A model generated the notes under the pieces. The model worked only from the letters and a program-made list of their open reading frames with translations. It had not been told where the DNA came from and made no database searches. A DNA stretch of 43,638 bases from Flavobacteriales bacterium. GTDB lineage: Bacteria; Bacteroidota; Bacteroidia; Flavobacteriales; Flavobacteriaceae. The position numbers and the translations under genes were made by a program. The stretch covers positions 1 to 43,638 of the forward strand of contig JALVEJ010000033.1 in the NCBI GenBank assembly GCA_027031025.1. The letters run 5' to 3'. Positions 1 through 9,298 of this stretch are shown in pieces. Each line of letters starts with the position of its first letter. Within the stretch, counting starts at the first letter, position 1.

Positions 1-28
1 TTATAGAAAATTTATGACGTTAAAAATC

Positions 29-127
29 ATAAACCCCGAAGGGGTGAAATAATTTGAAAATAAAATAGCCATGATTACATGGTTTTGAACCTGATTTATT
101 ATTACCCATACAAAACAACATAGAGCC
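29..127 (-). repeat. ~99-nt dispersed element, copy 1 (inverted copy at 18329..18427); candidate sRNA or MITE core
   Basis: Hand alignment to the reverse complement of 18329..18427 gives about 87 of 99 identical positions and no indels. The minus-strand reading ends CCCCTTCGGGG followed by a T-rich tract. Confidence 0.6.
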
Positions 128-206
128 TTGTTTTTTTGTCTAATAAATAGTTGTTTTTGATATTAAATCTCCGGTTATCACTTTATAACCCTAAAATTTA
201 TTCATT

Positions 207-1382
207 ATGAATCTAAAAACTTTTTTAAGTCTATTTTTTCTTCTTATAATGATTCAAGTACAAGGGCAAACCAAGCCGGTAACCGGAGATTGGATTTTAA
301 CCTTGATTAAAACCGCTCAAAAAACAGACCAACCTTTTATCATCAACCGGTTTGAAGCAGATAGTTCCGTAACAATATACGGCACCAAAATAGCAACTTG
401 GACACAAAAAAATAAAACTATTGATTTTAAATCCGAACGGTTTAAAATATACAACGGCAGTTTTGATATTTTAAAGCAAACATCCGGTCAGTTAGTGCTA
501 AAAGGCAGTAAAGCTACACTATATTTTAAACGGGCTTATGATCCGAAACAAAACAATCCGGTCTATCAAAACTTAATCGGCACTTGGCTGATGCACGGCA
601 CAACGCCTACTTATGTCAGGTTTGAGAATGATGGTCAGTTTATAATGCTGAATGCGGAAGAAAATACTGAAGTTATCACCAAAGGCAATTGGCTATTTCT
701 ACCTGATGATAAAGCTTTTGTGATTTTAGCTGATGTTGATATATTAAGACGAAAAAATACCATTTTGCAGATTAATAAAGACTATATGGAAGTGATGAAC
801 AACGGCATCCAATATCAACTTGAAAAACAACCGGAAGTGTTAGCCGTCAAACATTTGCAAATGAAAGAAGAAAGACTGACCGAACCCACAAAGGGGCAGC
901 CCGGCTTACCATGGACTGATGATGATATTTGGATATTTTTAGCCAAACTAAAAAACTTGCATTATAAATATTCGGTCTACCATCCGGATGTTAAAGTTTT
1001 TTCTGAAAATGATATTTCCGTTGATATAGTTCTTAATCCGGAAAAACAAAGCATCAAATTTGTTAGTTATAAAGAAATAAATGAAGAACGTGTGCCATTT
1101 ATCACCAGAACCAAAGGACCTTTAATGGAGTCGTGCAATCGCTTTTTTCCACAAAAAGATTTAGACAGCTATAGTGTTATTGATAAAAAACGTCCTTGGA
1201 AATTGGGAGACAAAACTTATGAATGTACCATTGTCAACGGTGTGATTGGTGATGAGCAATATCAATACTGGATGATAAACCGTATGCCCGGAGTTTTTGC
1301 CAAAGTTATATACGAAAAACCCAACGATGACGATAAACCGGCATATATCAAATATGAACTGGATTCTATCAAAATGAATTAA
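207..1382 (+). CDS. hypothetical secreted protein
   Basis: 391-aa ORF with an N-terminal hydrophobic signal-like segment MNLKTFLSLFFLLIMIQVQG. No family recognised by eye. Confidence 0.55.
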   Translation: MNLKTFLSLFFLLIMIQVQGQTKPVTGDWILTLIKTAQKTDQPFIINRFEADSSVTIYGTKIATWTQKNKTIDFKSERFKIYNGSFDILKQTSGQLVLKGSKATLYFKRAYDPKQNNPVYQNLIGTWLMHGTTPTYVRFENDGQFIMLNAEENTEVITKGNWLFLPDDKAFVILADVDILRRKNTILQINKDYMEVMNNGIQYQLEKQPEVLAVKHLQMKEERLTEPTKGQPGLPWTDDDIWIFLAKLKNLHYKYSVYHPDVKVFSENDISVDIVLNPEKQSIKFVSYKEINEERVPFITRTKGPLMESCNRFFPQKDLDSYSVIDKKRPWKLGDKTYECTIVNGVIGDEQYQYWMINRMPGVFAKVIYEKPNDDDKPAYIKYELDSIKMN

Positions 1383-1392
1383 ACATAAAAAA

Positions 1393-1423
1393 GGCCTACT
1401 AGGTTTTTAAAACCTAGTAGGTC
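1393..1423. repeat. palindromic element GGCCTACTAGGTTTT-T-AAAACCTAGTAGGTC (related copy at 14907..14939)
   Basis: Near-perfect 15-bp arms. It shares the core CCTnnTAGGTTTTnAAAACCTnnnAGGTC with the second copy. No T-run follows on the + strand, so it is not a canonical terminator. Confidence 0.6.
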
Positions 1424-1443
1424 TGCTATTAAAAAGAAAAGAA

Positions 1444-2121
1444 ATGAAAAACATCTTTATCTTTTTAAGCTTATTGTTTTTAGGACAAACACAAGCACAA
1501 CAAAAAATCAATCAAGATAATTTGCAAGACGTATTCAGTGCTTATATGGACTATTTCAAAGAATATGAGCCTTTGGCACCTGAGCCTGTTCGTAGAGCAA
1601 AATTTAACAAGATTGTAAACAAACAAAATCCGAATTTATCACAAGCCGATAGAGAAAAAGCTTTTAAAATAGTTGATGCTTATATACGGGCAGACAAAGG
1701 CTTGGATATGGATTATAAAATTTCTGACCAAGACAAACAACTCATTAAAGACCTGTTTGCCGATGCCGAAAAACAAAAAGAACAAGGTATACAAGCCATG
1801 ATGGGTGAAGTTTCACGTTTTCAAAATATGTCATATAGCGAATTTAAAAATTTTATCACTCAAAACGGACAATTGCCTTTAAAAGAAATAGAGATTAAGA
1901 AAGCATATAATCAAATGCACAAAAATGACGGTAAAGCAATAAGCATTACAGCCGCCGACGAACAAAAATCCAAGCAACTCAATCAAATAGAAGCCCTTGA
2001 TATTTTACGCGAACCCGGTAAGCACAGTTTTAGCGAATTTAAAGCCGCTATGAAGGTGCTAAAACCCGACATTTCCGATGAAGAAATCAAAGAATATTGG
2101 AAAAAAATCAATAAAAAATAA
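1444..2121 (+). CDS. hypothetical secreted protein (K/E/Q-rich)
   Basis: 225-aa ORF with a signal-like N-terminus MKNIFIFLSLLFLGQTQAQ. Confidence 0.55.
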   Translation: MKNIFIFLSLLFLGQTQAQQKINQDNLQDVFSAYMDYFKEYEPLAPEPVRRAKFNKIVNKQNPNLSQADREKAFKIVDAYIRADKGLDMDYKISDQDKQLIKDLFADAEKQKEQGIQAMMGEVSRFQNMSYSEFKNFITQNGQLPLKEIEIKKAYNQMHKNDGKAISITAADEQKSKQLNQIEALDILREPGKHSFSEFKAAMKVLKPDISDEEIKEYWKKINKK

Positions 2122-2193
2122 TATTATAAGTTGGGAATAAGCCGAAAAACCAACTTAAAAAAAAGGAGTAGGCATTATGTTTAATTAAAATTT

Positions 2194-2664
2194 ATGATTA
2201 TGAAAAAAGGATTGTTATTAACATTGTTTGCCTTGTTCTCAATGACAAGAATAAGTGCGCAAACCTCCCTGGGAGGGGGTCTGCTTTTAGGCTCTTACAC
2301 TACAGCAGTGGAAGTTAAAGCGGATTTTGGGGTTTCCGAACAAATTTCTATTTCCCCATCTATTGATTATTATCTGGTGGATAGTTCTTTTGGGTCAAAT
2401 GTGACCATGTATTTATTAGGTGTAGATGGTCATTATAATTTAGGTGATGCGGAATCTTTTAATTACTACCCCTTATTAGGTTTAAACTATTTTTCGGTTT
2501 CATTTAGTGGTGAAGGTTACAATTTTTCATATGGTTCGGGGGTAGGACTTACTGTTGGTGGTGGAGGCACCTATGCGCTTTCCGAAAGTTTAAAATTATA
2601 TGGAGAGCTTAAATACATTAGATCCGGTGTTAGTTTTTCAGCCGGTGTTATGTTTTCTTTATAA
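2194..2664 (+). CDS. small outer-membrane beta-barrel protein (porin/OmpW-like)
   Basis: 156 aa with a signal peptide ending ISAQ. It has alternating hydrophobic, Gly/Tyr/Ser-rich strands and a hydrophobic C-terminal strand GVMFSL. Confidence 0.6.
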   Translation: MIMKKGLLLTLFALFSMTRISAQTSLGGGLLLGSYTTAVEVKADFGVSEQISISPSIDYYLVDSSFGSNVTMYLLGVDGHYNLGDAESFNYYPLLGLNYFSVSFSGEGYNFSYGSGVGLTVGGGGTYALSESLKLYGELKYIRSGVSFSAGVMFSL

Positions 2665-2686
2665 GCTTGCAGAAAGTATAAATTTT

Positions 2687-2718
2687 AAAAGCCGCTAATT
2701 TTTATTAAAGCGGCTTTT
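2687..2718. terminator. bidirectional intrinsic terminator between convergent genes
   Basis: AAAAGCCGCT-loop-AGCGGCTTTT hairpin with an A-run before and a T-run after. It lies between the + OM-barrel gene and the - recX gene. Confidence 0.7.
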
Positions 2719-2736
2719 ATTTTTGTATAACATTTA

Positions 2737-3192
2737 TCAAGATTTTAAGCATTCTGCAAATGCCTCATATCTGTAACCCTTTTGTATCAAATACCGGGCA
2801 ATTTTTTGGTTGGTTTGAGAAGTATTAGGTCCCGGTAAGTGCTTTTTTTTCTTGGCAATTAACTCTTTAATCGTTTGTTGATAGTCGTTTTCGTCTATTT
2901 CATTTAAGGCGGATTGAATCAAATTTTGATGTATCCGATGCTGTTTTAAACCGTTGATTATCTTCTGTTTACCCCATTTGTTTTGATAAAATTTGCCTCG
3001 CACGTAAGCTCGGGCAAAACGCTCTTCATTTAAAAAACCTTCTTGAATTAAAAACAACATTATGGCATCGATAGCATCAGGAATCATCCCCATTTCACGC
3101 AGTTTTTTCTCAACTTGATAATGCGAACGCTCTTGATAAGCACAATACCGCGCCATTTTTTGTTTGACTTCATCAATGCTGTAATAAGTCAT
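2737..3192 (-). CDS. recX: RecX family regulatory protein
   Basis: 151 aa. The N-terminal ARYCAYQERSHYQVEKKL pattern and repeated helical modules are typical of RecX. There is a 4-nt ATGA overlap with folA. Confidence 0.75.
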   Translation of the reverse strand: MTYYSIDEVKQKMARYCAYQERSHYQVEKKLREMGMIPDAIDAIMLFLIQEGFLNEERFARAYVRGKFYQNKWGKQKIINGLKQHRIHQNLIQSALNEIDENDYQQTIKELIAKKKKHLPGPNTSQTNQKIARYLIQKGYRYEAFAECLKS

Positions 3193-3707
3193 TTTCGTCC
3201 AATTTTACGATAAGTTACCACTTCAAAATCATAATCATTCTTTTCTCCTTTCTTAAATTGTTGTTTATCAATTACTTCCCATTGATTCCAATCTATTTCC
3301 GGCATAAATGTGTCGGCTTTTCCTTCATAATCAACATGCGTGATAATCAATTTATCAGCCAAACCCAAACTTTGCCGGTAAATGCTAGCCCCACCAATGA
3401 CAAAAATTTCTTTGCCCGTTAAGGCAGCTTGTTTGATGGCTTGTTCTAAGTTTTTTACGGGGCAAACGTTATAAGCCGTGATATTTTCAGGTTTTGAAGT
3501 AATCACAAAATTCAATCTGTTGGGAAGCGCTTTACCAATACTTTCAAAAGTCTTTCGTCCCATTATAACCGGATGCCCTGAGGTTAATTTTTTAAAATTT
3601 TTCAAATCATCGGACAAATGCCAAGGCATCGTGCCGTTTAAACCGATTTGATTCTGACGTCCCATGGCTACAATGATGCTGATATTTTGTTTTATTGATT
3701 GATGCAT
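3189..3707 (-). CDS. folA: dihydrofolate reductase
   Basis: 172 aa. DHFR motifs seen: IVAMGRQNQIGLNGTMPWHL, VIMGRKTFESIG, FVIGGASIY. Confidence 0.9.
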   Translation of the reverse strand: MHQSIKQNISIIVAMGRQNQIGLNGTMPWHLSDDLKNFKKLTSGHPVIMGRKTFESIGKALPNRLNFVITSKPENITAYNVCPVKNLEQAIKQAALTGKEIFVIGGASIYRQSLGLADKLIITHVDYEGKADTFMPEIDWNQWEVIDKQQFKKGEKNDYDFEVVTYRKIGRK

Positions 3708-3751
3708 ACATTCTAAAATTTTGATACTATGGCAAATTTAGTGATTATTGA

Positions 3752-3853
3752 GAAAATGAGGATGTATTGTGCTTCGTATAATAAACCGTTGTTTAATGAT
3801 TGTTTTGGCTTTCATACAATATTCTGCTTTTTAATTTGAGGAAGTGAGGATTT
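3752..3853 (+). repeat. ~90-bp repeat unit of the TTTGAGGAAnTGAGGATT family (one unit plus the start of the next)
   Basis: GAAAATGAGGATGTATTGTGCTTCGTATA...CTGCTTTTTAATTTGAGGAAGTGAGGATTT matches the units at 37383..37700, 24692..24890 and (reverse) 15637..15832. Confidence 0.7.
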
Positions 3854-3862
3854 AAAAAGTAG

Positions 3863-3930
3863 TCGCTGTTCCGACCCCGACTTTCGTCGGGGGGATTGTG
3901 ACATAGGAACAAAATTGTATCGATGTGACC
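3863..3930 (+). repeat. hairpin-module repeat, composite copy
   Basis: Contains CGACCCCGAC-TTTC-GTCGGGG, which also occurs inverted at 27044..27066. This is followed by TTGT-GACATAGGA-ACAA and TGTATCGATGTGACC. Confidence 0.6.
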
Positions 3931-3977
3931 GGATTTTGATTTCAGATGTCAGATTTTCGATGTTAGATTTTCGATTT

Positions 3978-4029
3978 GGTTGCTGAGTGATTTTGGGACG
4001 TTAGGAGCAAAATTTTACCGAAGTAAACC
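3978..4029 (+). repeat. hairpin-module repeat (CTGAGTG ... ACCGAAG type)
   Basis: GGTT-GCTGAGTG-ATTTTG-GGACGTTAGGAG-CAAAAT-TTTACCGAAGTA-AACC. The outer GGTT/AACC and inner ATTTTG/CAAAAT helices can pair. Confidence 0.65.
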
Positions 4030-4373
4030 ATTAAGGCATTAAGAAGATTAAGTTTTTTTCTTTTGTGTTCTTATGTGTCTTATGTGGTTTTATTCATTTC
4101 AGATTCACTTACTGAGTGCCACTTGTTAATTTTCGATTATTCATTCTCAATTAATCCTTCCTTCTAGCTTTTTACGATTTTATCAAATATCTGCTAAATA
4201 TTTGCATATTTTCAATAAAAAAGGGCTTATTAGCTTTCTAAAATAATTTATTCGCAATTTACAAAATACTTTCAACAAAAACCTATATCTTAGCTCGTAA
4301 TTTTGTCGATTTTTTTGTTTTTTTTGGTAATAACAAGAATGCAATTAAAAATAGAAAATAAACAACCTAAGAT

Positions 4374-5972
4374 ATGAAACGAAAAATTTTGTTATGGATG
4401 ACTTTGTTCGTTCCGGCGTTAAATTTTGCTCAAGAAACAGCAGAAAAAGGAATTGATCAACGCATTGAAGAAATGTTTAAACCCGTCTCCGATTTTTGGT
4501 GGGATTTGGTGTTTTCTTCCATCAATGTTGTCGGTTACAAAATTCCTATCGTATTGATTTTATTGATATTAGGGGCAGCATATTTTACGTTTTATTTTAG
4601 ACTTCCACAATTCAAATTGTTTAAAACAGCCATAAAAGTGGTTGCCGGCAAATATGATGACATCGATCATCACGATTCTTACAAACCTGCGGATGACCCT
4701 TTAGTTGAGCCACATGAAGATATTCCCGAAACCATCAAAATAGAAGGTGCGCATCATGGTGAAGTATCACATTTTCAAGCCTTGTCAGCGGCTTTGTCCG
4801 CAACAGTAGGACTTGGAAATATTGCCGGTGTAGCAGTAGCTATTGCCATTGGTGGTCCGGGCGCTACTTTTTGGATGATTCTTGCCGGATTACTGGGCAT
4901 GGCTTCCAAATTTACCGAATGTACACTTGGCGTCAAATACCGGGATATTGGTGAAGATGGCACTGTTTACGGTGGTCCGATGTATTACCTGAAAAAAGGT
5001 TTTGCAGAAATGGGCAAAGGAACTTTCGGAAAATTTTTGGCAGTATTTTTCGCCATTATGGTCGTCGGTGGATCATTTGGCGGTGGCAATATGTTTCAAG
5101 CCAATCAAGCCGCGGCGCAGTTTAAAAAATTGTTTGATATTACACATCCCAATGCCGGTTCGTATTTTGGAATTGTTCTGGCTATCATTGTAGGAATTGT
5201 AATTATAGGTGGCATTAAACGAATTGGTAAAGTGGCGGAAAAAATTGTGCCGTTTATGGCTGTCATGTATGTGGGGGCGGCTTTACTTATTATTTTTTTA
5301 AACTTGGGTTTGGTTCCTGAGGCTTTCAAACTTATTGTTACCCAAGCCTTTACGCCGGCAGCTGGTTTAGGAGGCTTTATGGGCGTATTGATTCAAGGTT
5401 TTAGAAGGGGAACTTTCTCTAATGAAGCCGGTGTCGGGTCGGCGGCTATAGCCCACTCAGCCGTTAAAACCAAATATCCTGCCAGCGAAGGCATCGTTGC
5501 ACTTCTTGAACCTTTTATTGACACTGTTGTCATTTGCACTATGACAGCTTTGGTATTGATTATCACTAACTTAAAATATGGTTTGTTCAATTACGGCGAC
5601 GCCTCGCTAGACGGTAAAGGGGTTGAATTAACCGCAACGGCTTTTGATTCGGTTATTCCGCATTTTTCCATTATTCTGACCATTGCTGTTATTTTGTTTG
5701 CTTTTTCCACCATGTTATCTTGGTCTTATTACGGACTGCAAGGTTGGAAGTTTGTATTCGGTCGTAGCAAAACTGCCGATTTGGTCTATAAATTTTTATT
5801 CTTATTTTTCGTTTTTGTCGGTTCGTCTGTCAAATTGGGTTCCGTTCTCAATTTCTCAGACGCTATGATTTTTGCTATGGTCTTTCCCAATGTGATTGGA
5901 CTGTTCTTTTTGGCGCCCAAAGTCAAGACGGAATTGCGTAGATATCTGAAAGCTATTAAGAAGAATAAGTGA
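4374..5972 (+). CDS. alanine/glycine:cation symporter (AGCS) family amino-acid carrier
   Basis: 532 aa and multi-pass. AGCS-type segments seen: FQALSAALSATVGLGNIAGVAVAIAIGGPGA and FSNEAGVGSAAIAHSA. Confidence 0.85.
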   Translation: MKRKILLWMTLFVPALNFAQETAEKGIDQRIEEMFKPVSDFWWDLVFSSINVVGYKIPIVLILLILGAAYFTFYFRLPQFKLFKTAIKVVAGKYDDIDHHDSYKPADDPLVEPHEDIPETIKIEGAHHGEVSHFQALSAALSATVGLGNIAGVAVAIAIGGPGATFWMILAGLLGMASKFTECTLGVKYRDIGEDGTVYGGPMYYLKKGFAEMGKGTFGKFLAVFFAIMVVGGSFGGGNMFQANQAAAQFKKLFDITHPNAGSYFGIVLAIIVGIVIIGGIKRIGKVAEKIVPFMAVMYVGAALLIIFLNLGLVPEAFKLIVTQAFTPAAGLGGFMGVLIQGFRRGTFSNEAGVGSAAIAHSAVKTKYPASEGIVALLEPFIDTVVICTMTALVLIITNLKYGLFNYGDASLDGKGVELTATAFDSVIPHFSIILTIAVILFAFSTMLSWSYYGLQGWKFVFGRSKTADLVYKFLFLFFVFVGSSVKLGSVLNFSDAMIFAMVFPNVIGLFFLAPKVKTELRRYLKAIKKNK

Positions 5973-6021
5973 GTTATGTAGTGGAAAACGATATAGTAAA
6001 AAAAGTATCAAATACTAACAT

Positions 6022-6071
6022 CGGTCCCTTCGGTAAGATTTTGTTCCTACGTCACAAAATCACTCAGTGAC
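6022..6071 (-). repeat. hairpin-module repeat
   Basis: The reverse complement reads GGTC-ACTGAGTG-ATTTTGT-GACGTAGGA-ACAAAAT-CTTACCGAAGG-GACC. Confidence 0.65.
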
Positions 6072-6092
6072 CTGCCTTTGAAGCAGCGTTAA

Positions 6093-6137
6093 AGGTGGCT
6101 GAGTGTTCTGAGCGCAGCGAAGAATGTACCGAAACCA
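6093..6137 (+). repeat. hairpin-module repeat
   Basis: GGTGG-CTGAGTG-TTCT-GAGCGCAGCGA-AGAA-TGTACCGAAA-CCAC. CATCAAATAACAAATAACC follows, running up to the start codon at 6171. Confidence 0.55.
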
Positions 6138-6170
6138 CTGGTCATCAAATAACAAATAACCCATAATGAA

Positions 6171-7244
6171 ATGATACCAATACGCCTTTTGCCCTATTTT
6201 AACCGTTCACAGCGCAGAGGTATTTTGTTACTACTTAGTTTCATTTTTTTAGGTCAAATCGCCATTTGGCAATCAGGAAAGCTAAAAACATATCCAATAC
6301 AAACAAGTAATATCCCCTCGGAATTACAACAACAATATGATTCATTAAAAAAAATTGCCTTACAACAACAAAAACTAAAGATTTACCCCTTCAATCCCAA
6401 CTATTTATCCGACTACAAAGGCTATGTTTTGGGCTTAACGCCGGAACAAATCGATAAGGTAATAAATTTTAGAAAATCCGGAAAATATTTCCGGTCCAAA
6501 CAAGAATTTAAACAAGTTGCAGATTTGTCTGATTCGTTGTTTCAAATATTGGTGCCATATATCAAAATTCCGGATTTTAAATTTAAAAACAATTCCTTTC
6601 AAAACAAACATAAATCGTTGACAACCAACGATATTAATATGGCAACAGCCAAAGATTTTCAAAGCGTTTACGGGGTTGGACCGATATTGTCCAAGCGTAT
6701 TGTAAAATACCGAAATCTTATCGGTGGATTTAAAAACATGGCACAACTAAACAAAGTTTATGGTTTAGAACCGGAAGTGGTAGCCAGAATCAAGCAAAAG
6801 TTCGTCATCAAATCAATACCGCAAACCCAAAACACTATCATAGTCAAAAAACCTATCAATATTGCAACCGAAGAAGATTTTCAAAAAGTATATGGCATTG
6901 GTAAAAAATTAGCTCGACGTATTGTCAATTACCGGCAATCACTCGGCGGATTTAGCGCCAAAGAACAATTAAATGATGTCTATGGACTATCTTCCGAAGC
7001 AATTGAAGAACTTTGGAAAAATTTTAAAATTGCAAATCCGGCAAAAATTCGCTTAAAAATTAATTTGAATGATGCCAATATCAAAGAACTGGCAAAAAAT
7101 CCGTATATTTCATACCAATTGGCAAAAAAAATCGTTACGTATAGAACTTTAAACGGTGCTTTTCATACCTTTGACGAATTATTAAAAGTGCCGGATTATC
7201 CGGTTGACAAACACAAACGAATTAAGCTATATTTAAAACTATAA
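6171..7244 (+). CDS. ComEA-like protein with four tandem helix-hairpin-helix modules
   Basis: 357 aa with an N-terminal TM segment. ~65-aa modules repeat, each with the pattern Y-G-(V/I)-G-x-x-L-(S/A)-(K/R)-R-I-V-x-Y-R. Confidence 0.7.
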   Translation: MIPIRLLPYFNRSQRRGILLLLSFIFLGQIAIWQSGKLKTYPIQTSNIPSELQQQYDSLKKIALQQQKLKIYPFNPNYLSDYKGYVLGLTPEQIDKVINFRKSGKYFRSKQEFKQVADLSDSLFQILVPYIKIPDFKFKNNSFQNKHKSLTTNDINMATAKDFQSVYGVGPILSKRIVKYRNLIGGFKNMAQLNKVYGLEPEVVARIKQKFVIKSIPQTQNTIIVKKPINIATEEDFQKVYGIGKKLARRIVNYRQSLGGFSAKEQLNDVYGLSSEAIEELWKNFKIANPAKIRLKINLNDANIKELAKNPYISYQLAKKIVTYRTLNGAFHTFDELLKVPDYPVDKHKRIKLYLKL

Positions 7245-7248
7245 AATA

Positions 7249-8391
7249 ATGATGAACTTTGAATTAAACGAAGAGCAAAAACATATTGCCCAAGCAGTCA
7301 GAGATTTTAACAAACAATATGTGGCGCCTTATTATATGGAGTGGGACGAACAACAAATTTTTCCGGTTGATTTGTTTCACAAATTGGGTGAATTGGGATT
7401 TATGGGTATCGTCATACCCGAAAAATATGGCGGTTCTGGTTTGTCGTATCAAGATTATGTCACTATTATTGACGAATTATCACAACAAGATCCGTCCATA
7501 GGCTTATCGGTTGCTGCCCATAACTCGTTGTGTACCAATCATATTTATGAATTTGGAAACGAAGAACAACGCATGCGTTGGCTGCCAAAGCTGGCATCAG
7601 GCGAATGGATTGGTGCCTGGGGTTTGACCGAACACAATACCGGATCGGATGCCGGAAGTATGAGTACAACAGCTGTTGAAAATGGTGATTATTATGTGTT
7701 AAACGGCGCCAAAAATTTTATCACACATGGCATCAGCGGTAATGTCGCCGTGGTATTAGCACGAACCGGCAAAAAAGGCGCTCGACGCAATGCTACGGCA
7801 TTTGTAGTAGAGCGTGGCACGCCCGGATTTTATGCCGGCAAAAAAGAAAATAAACTGGGTATGCGTGCCAGTGAAACTGCCGAAATGATTTTTGATAATT
7901 GCCGTGTCCCCAAAGAAAATATTTTAGGAGAAGTCGGAGAGGGGTTTGTGCAAGCCCTAAAAATATTGGATGGCGGACGTATTTCAATCGGATCTAACGC
8001 CTTGGGAATAGCTAAAGGCGCTTATAAAGCCGCTTTAAAATATTCAAAAGAACGGGAACAATTTGGAAAACCTATCAGTCAGTTTCAAGCCATAGCGTTT
8101 AAATTGGCGGATATGGCTACTGAAATTGAAGCTGCGGAATTGTTGATTCGTAAAGCAGCTTACCTAAAAGACACTAAACAAAACCTGACCAAACTCGGTG
8201 CAATGGCCAAAATGTATGCCTCGGAAGTCAGTGTAAAAGTTTCAACGGAAGCCGTACAAATACACGGTGGCTATGGATATACAAAAGATTTTCCGGTTGA
8301 AAAGTTTTATCGCGACAGTAAACTGACTACAATTGGAGAAGGCACGACAGAGATACAAAAACTGGTTATTTCCAGACAAATTTTAAAATAG
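7249..8391 (+). CDS. acyl-CoA dehydrogenase
   Basis: 380 aa. ACAD motifs seen: [61 protein letters not shown]. Confidence 0.9.
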   Translation: MMNFELNEEQKHIAQAVRDFNKQYVAPYYMEWDEQQIFPVDLFHKLGELGFMGIVIPEKYGGSGLSYQDYVTIIDELSQQDPSIGLSVAAHNSLCTNHIYEFGNEEQRMRWLPKLASGEWIGAWGLTEHNTGSDAGSMSTTAVENGDYYVLNGAKNFITHGISGNVAVVLARTGKKGARRNATAFVVERGTPGFYAGKKENKLGMRASETAEMIFDNCRVPKENILGEVGEGFVQALKILDGGRISIGSNALGIAKGAYKAALKYSKEREQFGKPISQFQAIAFKLADMATEIEAAELLIRKAAYLKDTKQNLTKLGAMAKMYASEVSVKVSTEAVQIHGGYGYTKDFPVEKFYRDSKLTTIGEGTTEIQKLVISRQILK

Positions 8392-8832
8392 ATGATTGAT
8401 TACCGCATACGACCGGCAACCGAGCAAGATTTTGAAGCCATTTTGGGTTTGATAAAAGAACTGGCACTGTTTGAAAAAGCCCCTGAAAAAGTTATCAATA
8501 CCGTACCACAAATGAAAGCCGAACAAGATTTGTTTGACGCTTTGGTTGCCGAAAAATCCGATGGCGAAATTATCGGTTTTGCGTTGTATTATTTTGTATA
8601 TTACACTTGGGTAGGCAAGTCGCTTTACCTGGATGATTTGTATGTCAAAGAGGCTTATCGCGGACAAAAAATCGGGTCAAAACTACTCGATAAAGTCATA
8701 GAAACAGGAAAACAAAACAACTGCAAACGTATCCGTTGGCAGGTTTTGAATTGGAACAAACCCGCCATTGAATTTTATAAAAAACTAGGTGCCGATATAG
8801 ACGACGAATGGCTAAATTGTGACTTGGAATAA
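8392..8832 (+). CDS. GNAT family N-acetyltransferase
   Basis: 146 aa. The acetyl-CoA-binding pattern YRGQKIGSKLL is present. Its start codon abuts the stop of the acyl-CoA dehydrogenase gene. Confidence 0.8.
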   Translation: MIDYRIRPATEQDFEAILGLIKELALFEKAPEKVINTVPQMKAEQDLFDALVAEKSDGEIIGFALYYFVYYTWVGKSLYLDDLYVKEAYRGQKIGSKLLDKVIETGKQNNCKRIRWQVLNWNKPAIEFYKKLGADIDDEWLNCDLE

Positions 8833-8939
8833 ATTTTTGGTTCCTCTATTTATTTAATCATGTCGGTTTCAAAACATCATCGATCATTATAAAAAATGAT
8901 AAAAAATAACCGACAAAACATATTTTTCAAAAAAATATG

Positions 8940-8947
8940 TATCTTTG
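8940..8947 (+). promoter_or_regulatory. Bacteroidota -7 promoter box TATCTTTG (TAnnTTTG) upstream of rpsU
   Basis: Exact match to TAnnTTTG, 47 nt upstream of the rpsU ATG. The same GTATCTTTG core recurs upstream of the genes starting at 15290(-), 15438(+) and 36386(-); upstream of trx (25371, -) the core is TTATCTTTG. Confidence 0.5.
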
Positions 8948-8993
8948 CCTCTCAAAATGAAGTATTAACCAACAAAAAAAGAGGTGTAAAATT

Positions 8994-9191
8994 ATGTTGA
9001 TCATACCTGTAAAAGAAGGAGAGTCTATTGACAGAGCTTTGAAACGTTTTAAACGTAAATTTGACCAAACTAAAATGATGCGTCAAATTAGAGAACGAAA
9101 AGAATTTGTCAAACCATCTGTCAAACGCAGACAACAAATCCTGAAAGCGAAGTATATCCAACGACTTCGTGATATGGAAGATCAATACTAA
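8994..9191 (+). CDS. rpsU: 30S ribosomal protein S21
   Basis: 65 aa: MLIIPVKEGESIDRALKRFKRKFDQTKMMRQIRERKEFVKPS..., the typical S21 sequence. Confidence 0.9.
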   Translation: MLIIPVKEGESIDRALKRFKRKFDQTKMMRQIRERKEFVKPSVKRRQQILKAKYIQRLRDMEDQY

Positions 9192-9214
9192 ACGCGTTTT
9201 AGTAAACCGATTTG

Positions 9215-9256
9215 AAAAACCTTGGAGTTCTGACTCTGAGGTTTTTTTGTTTTTTA
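9215..9256 (+). terminator. rpsU intrinsic terminator
   Basis: AAAAACC...GGTTTTT stem enclosing GAGT-TCTG-ACTC, followed by TTTTTTTGTTTTTT. Confidence 0.7.
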
Positions 9257-9298
9257 TCACTTTATTTTTTTATCTTTGATAGACCAAGCGCCTCTAAA

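Noticed and set aside
9212-9298. Longer N-terminus for the tyrosine recombinase (ORF-track start 9212)
   Set aside because: The extra 29 codons coincide with the rpsU terminator hairpin and T-run and encode a Phe/Leu-rich string. The conserved N-terminal domain begins right at the ATG at 9299.
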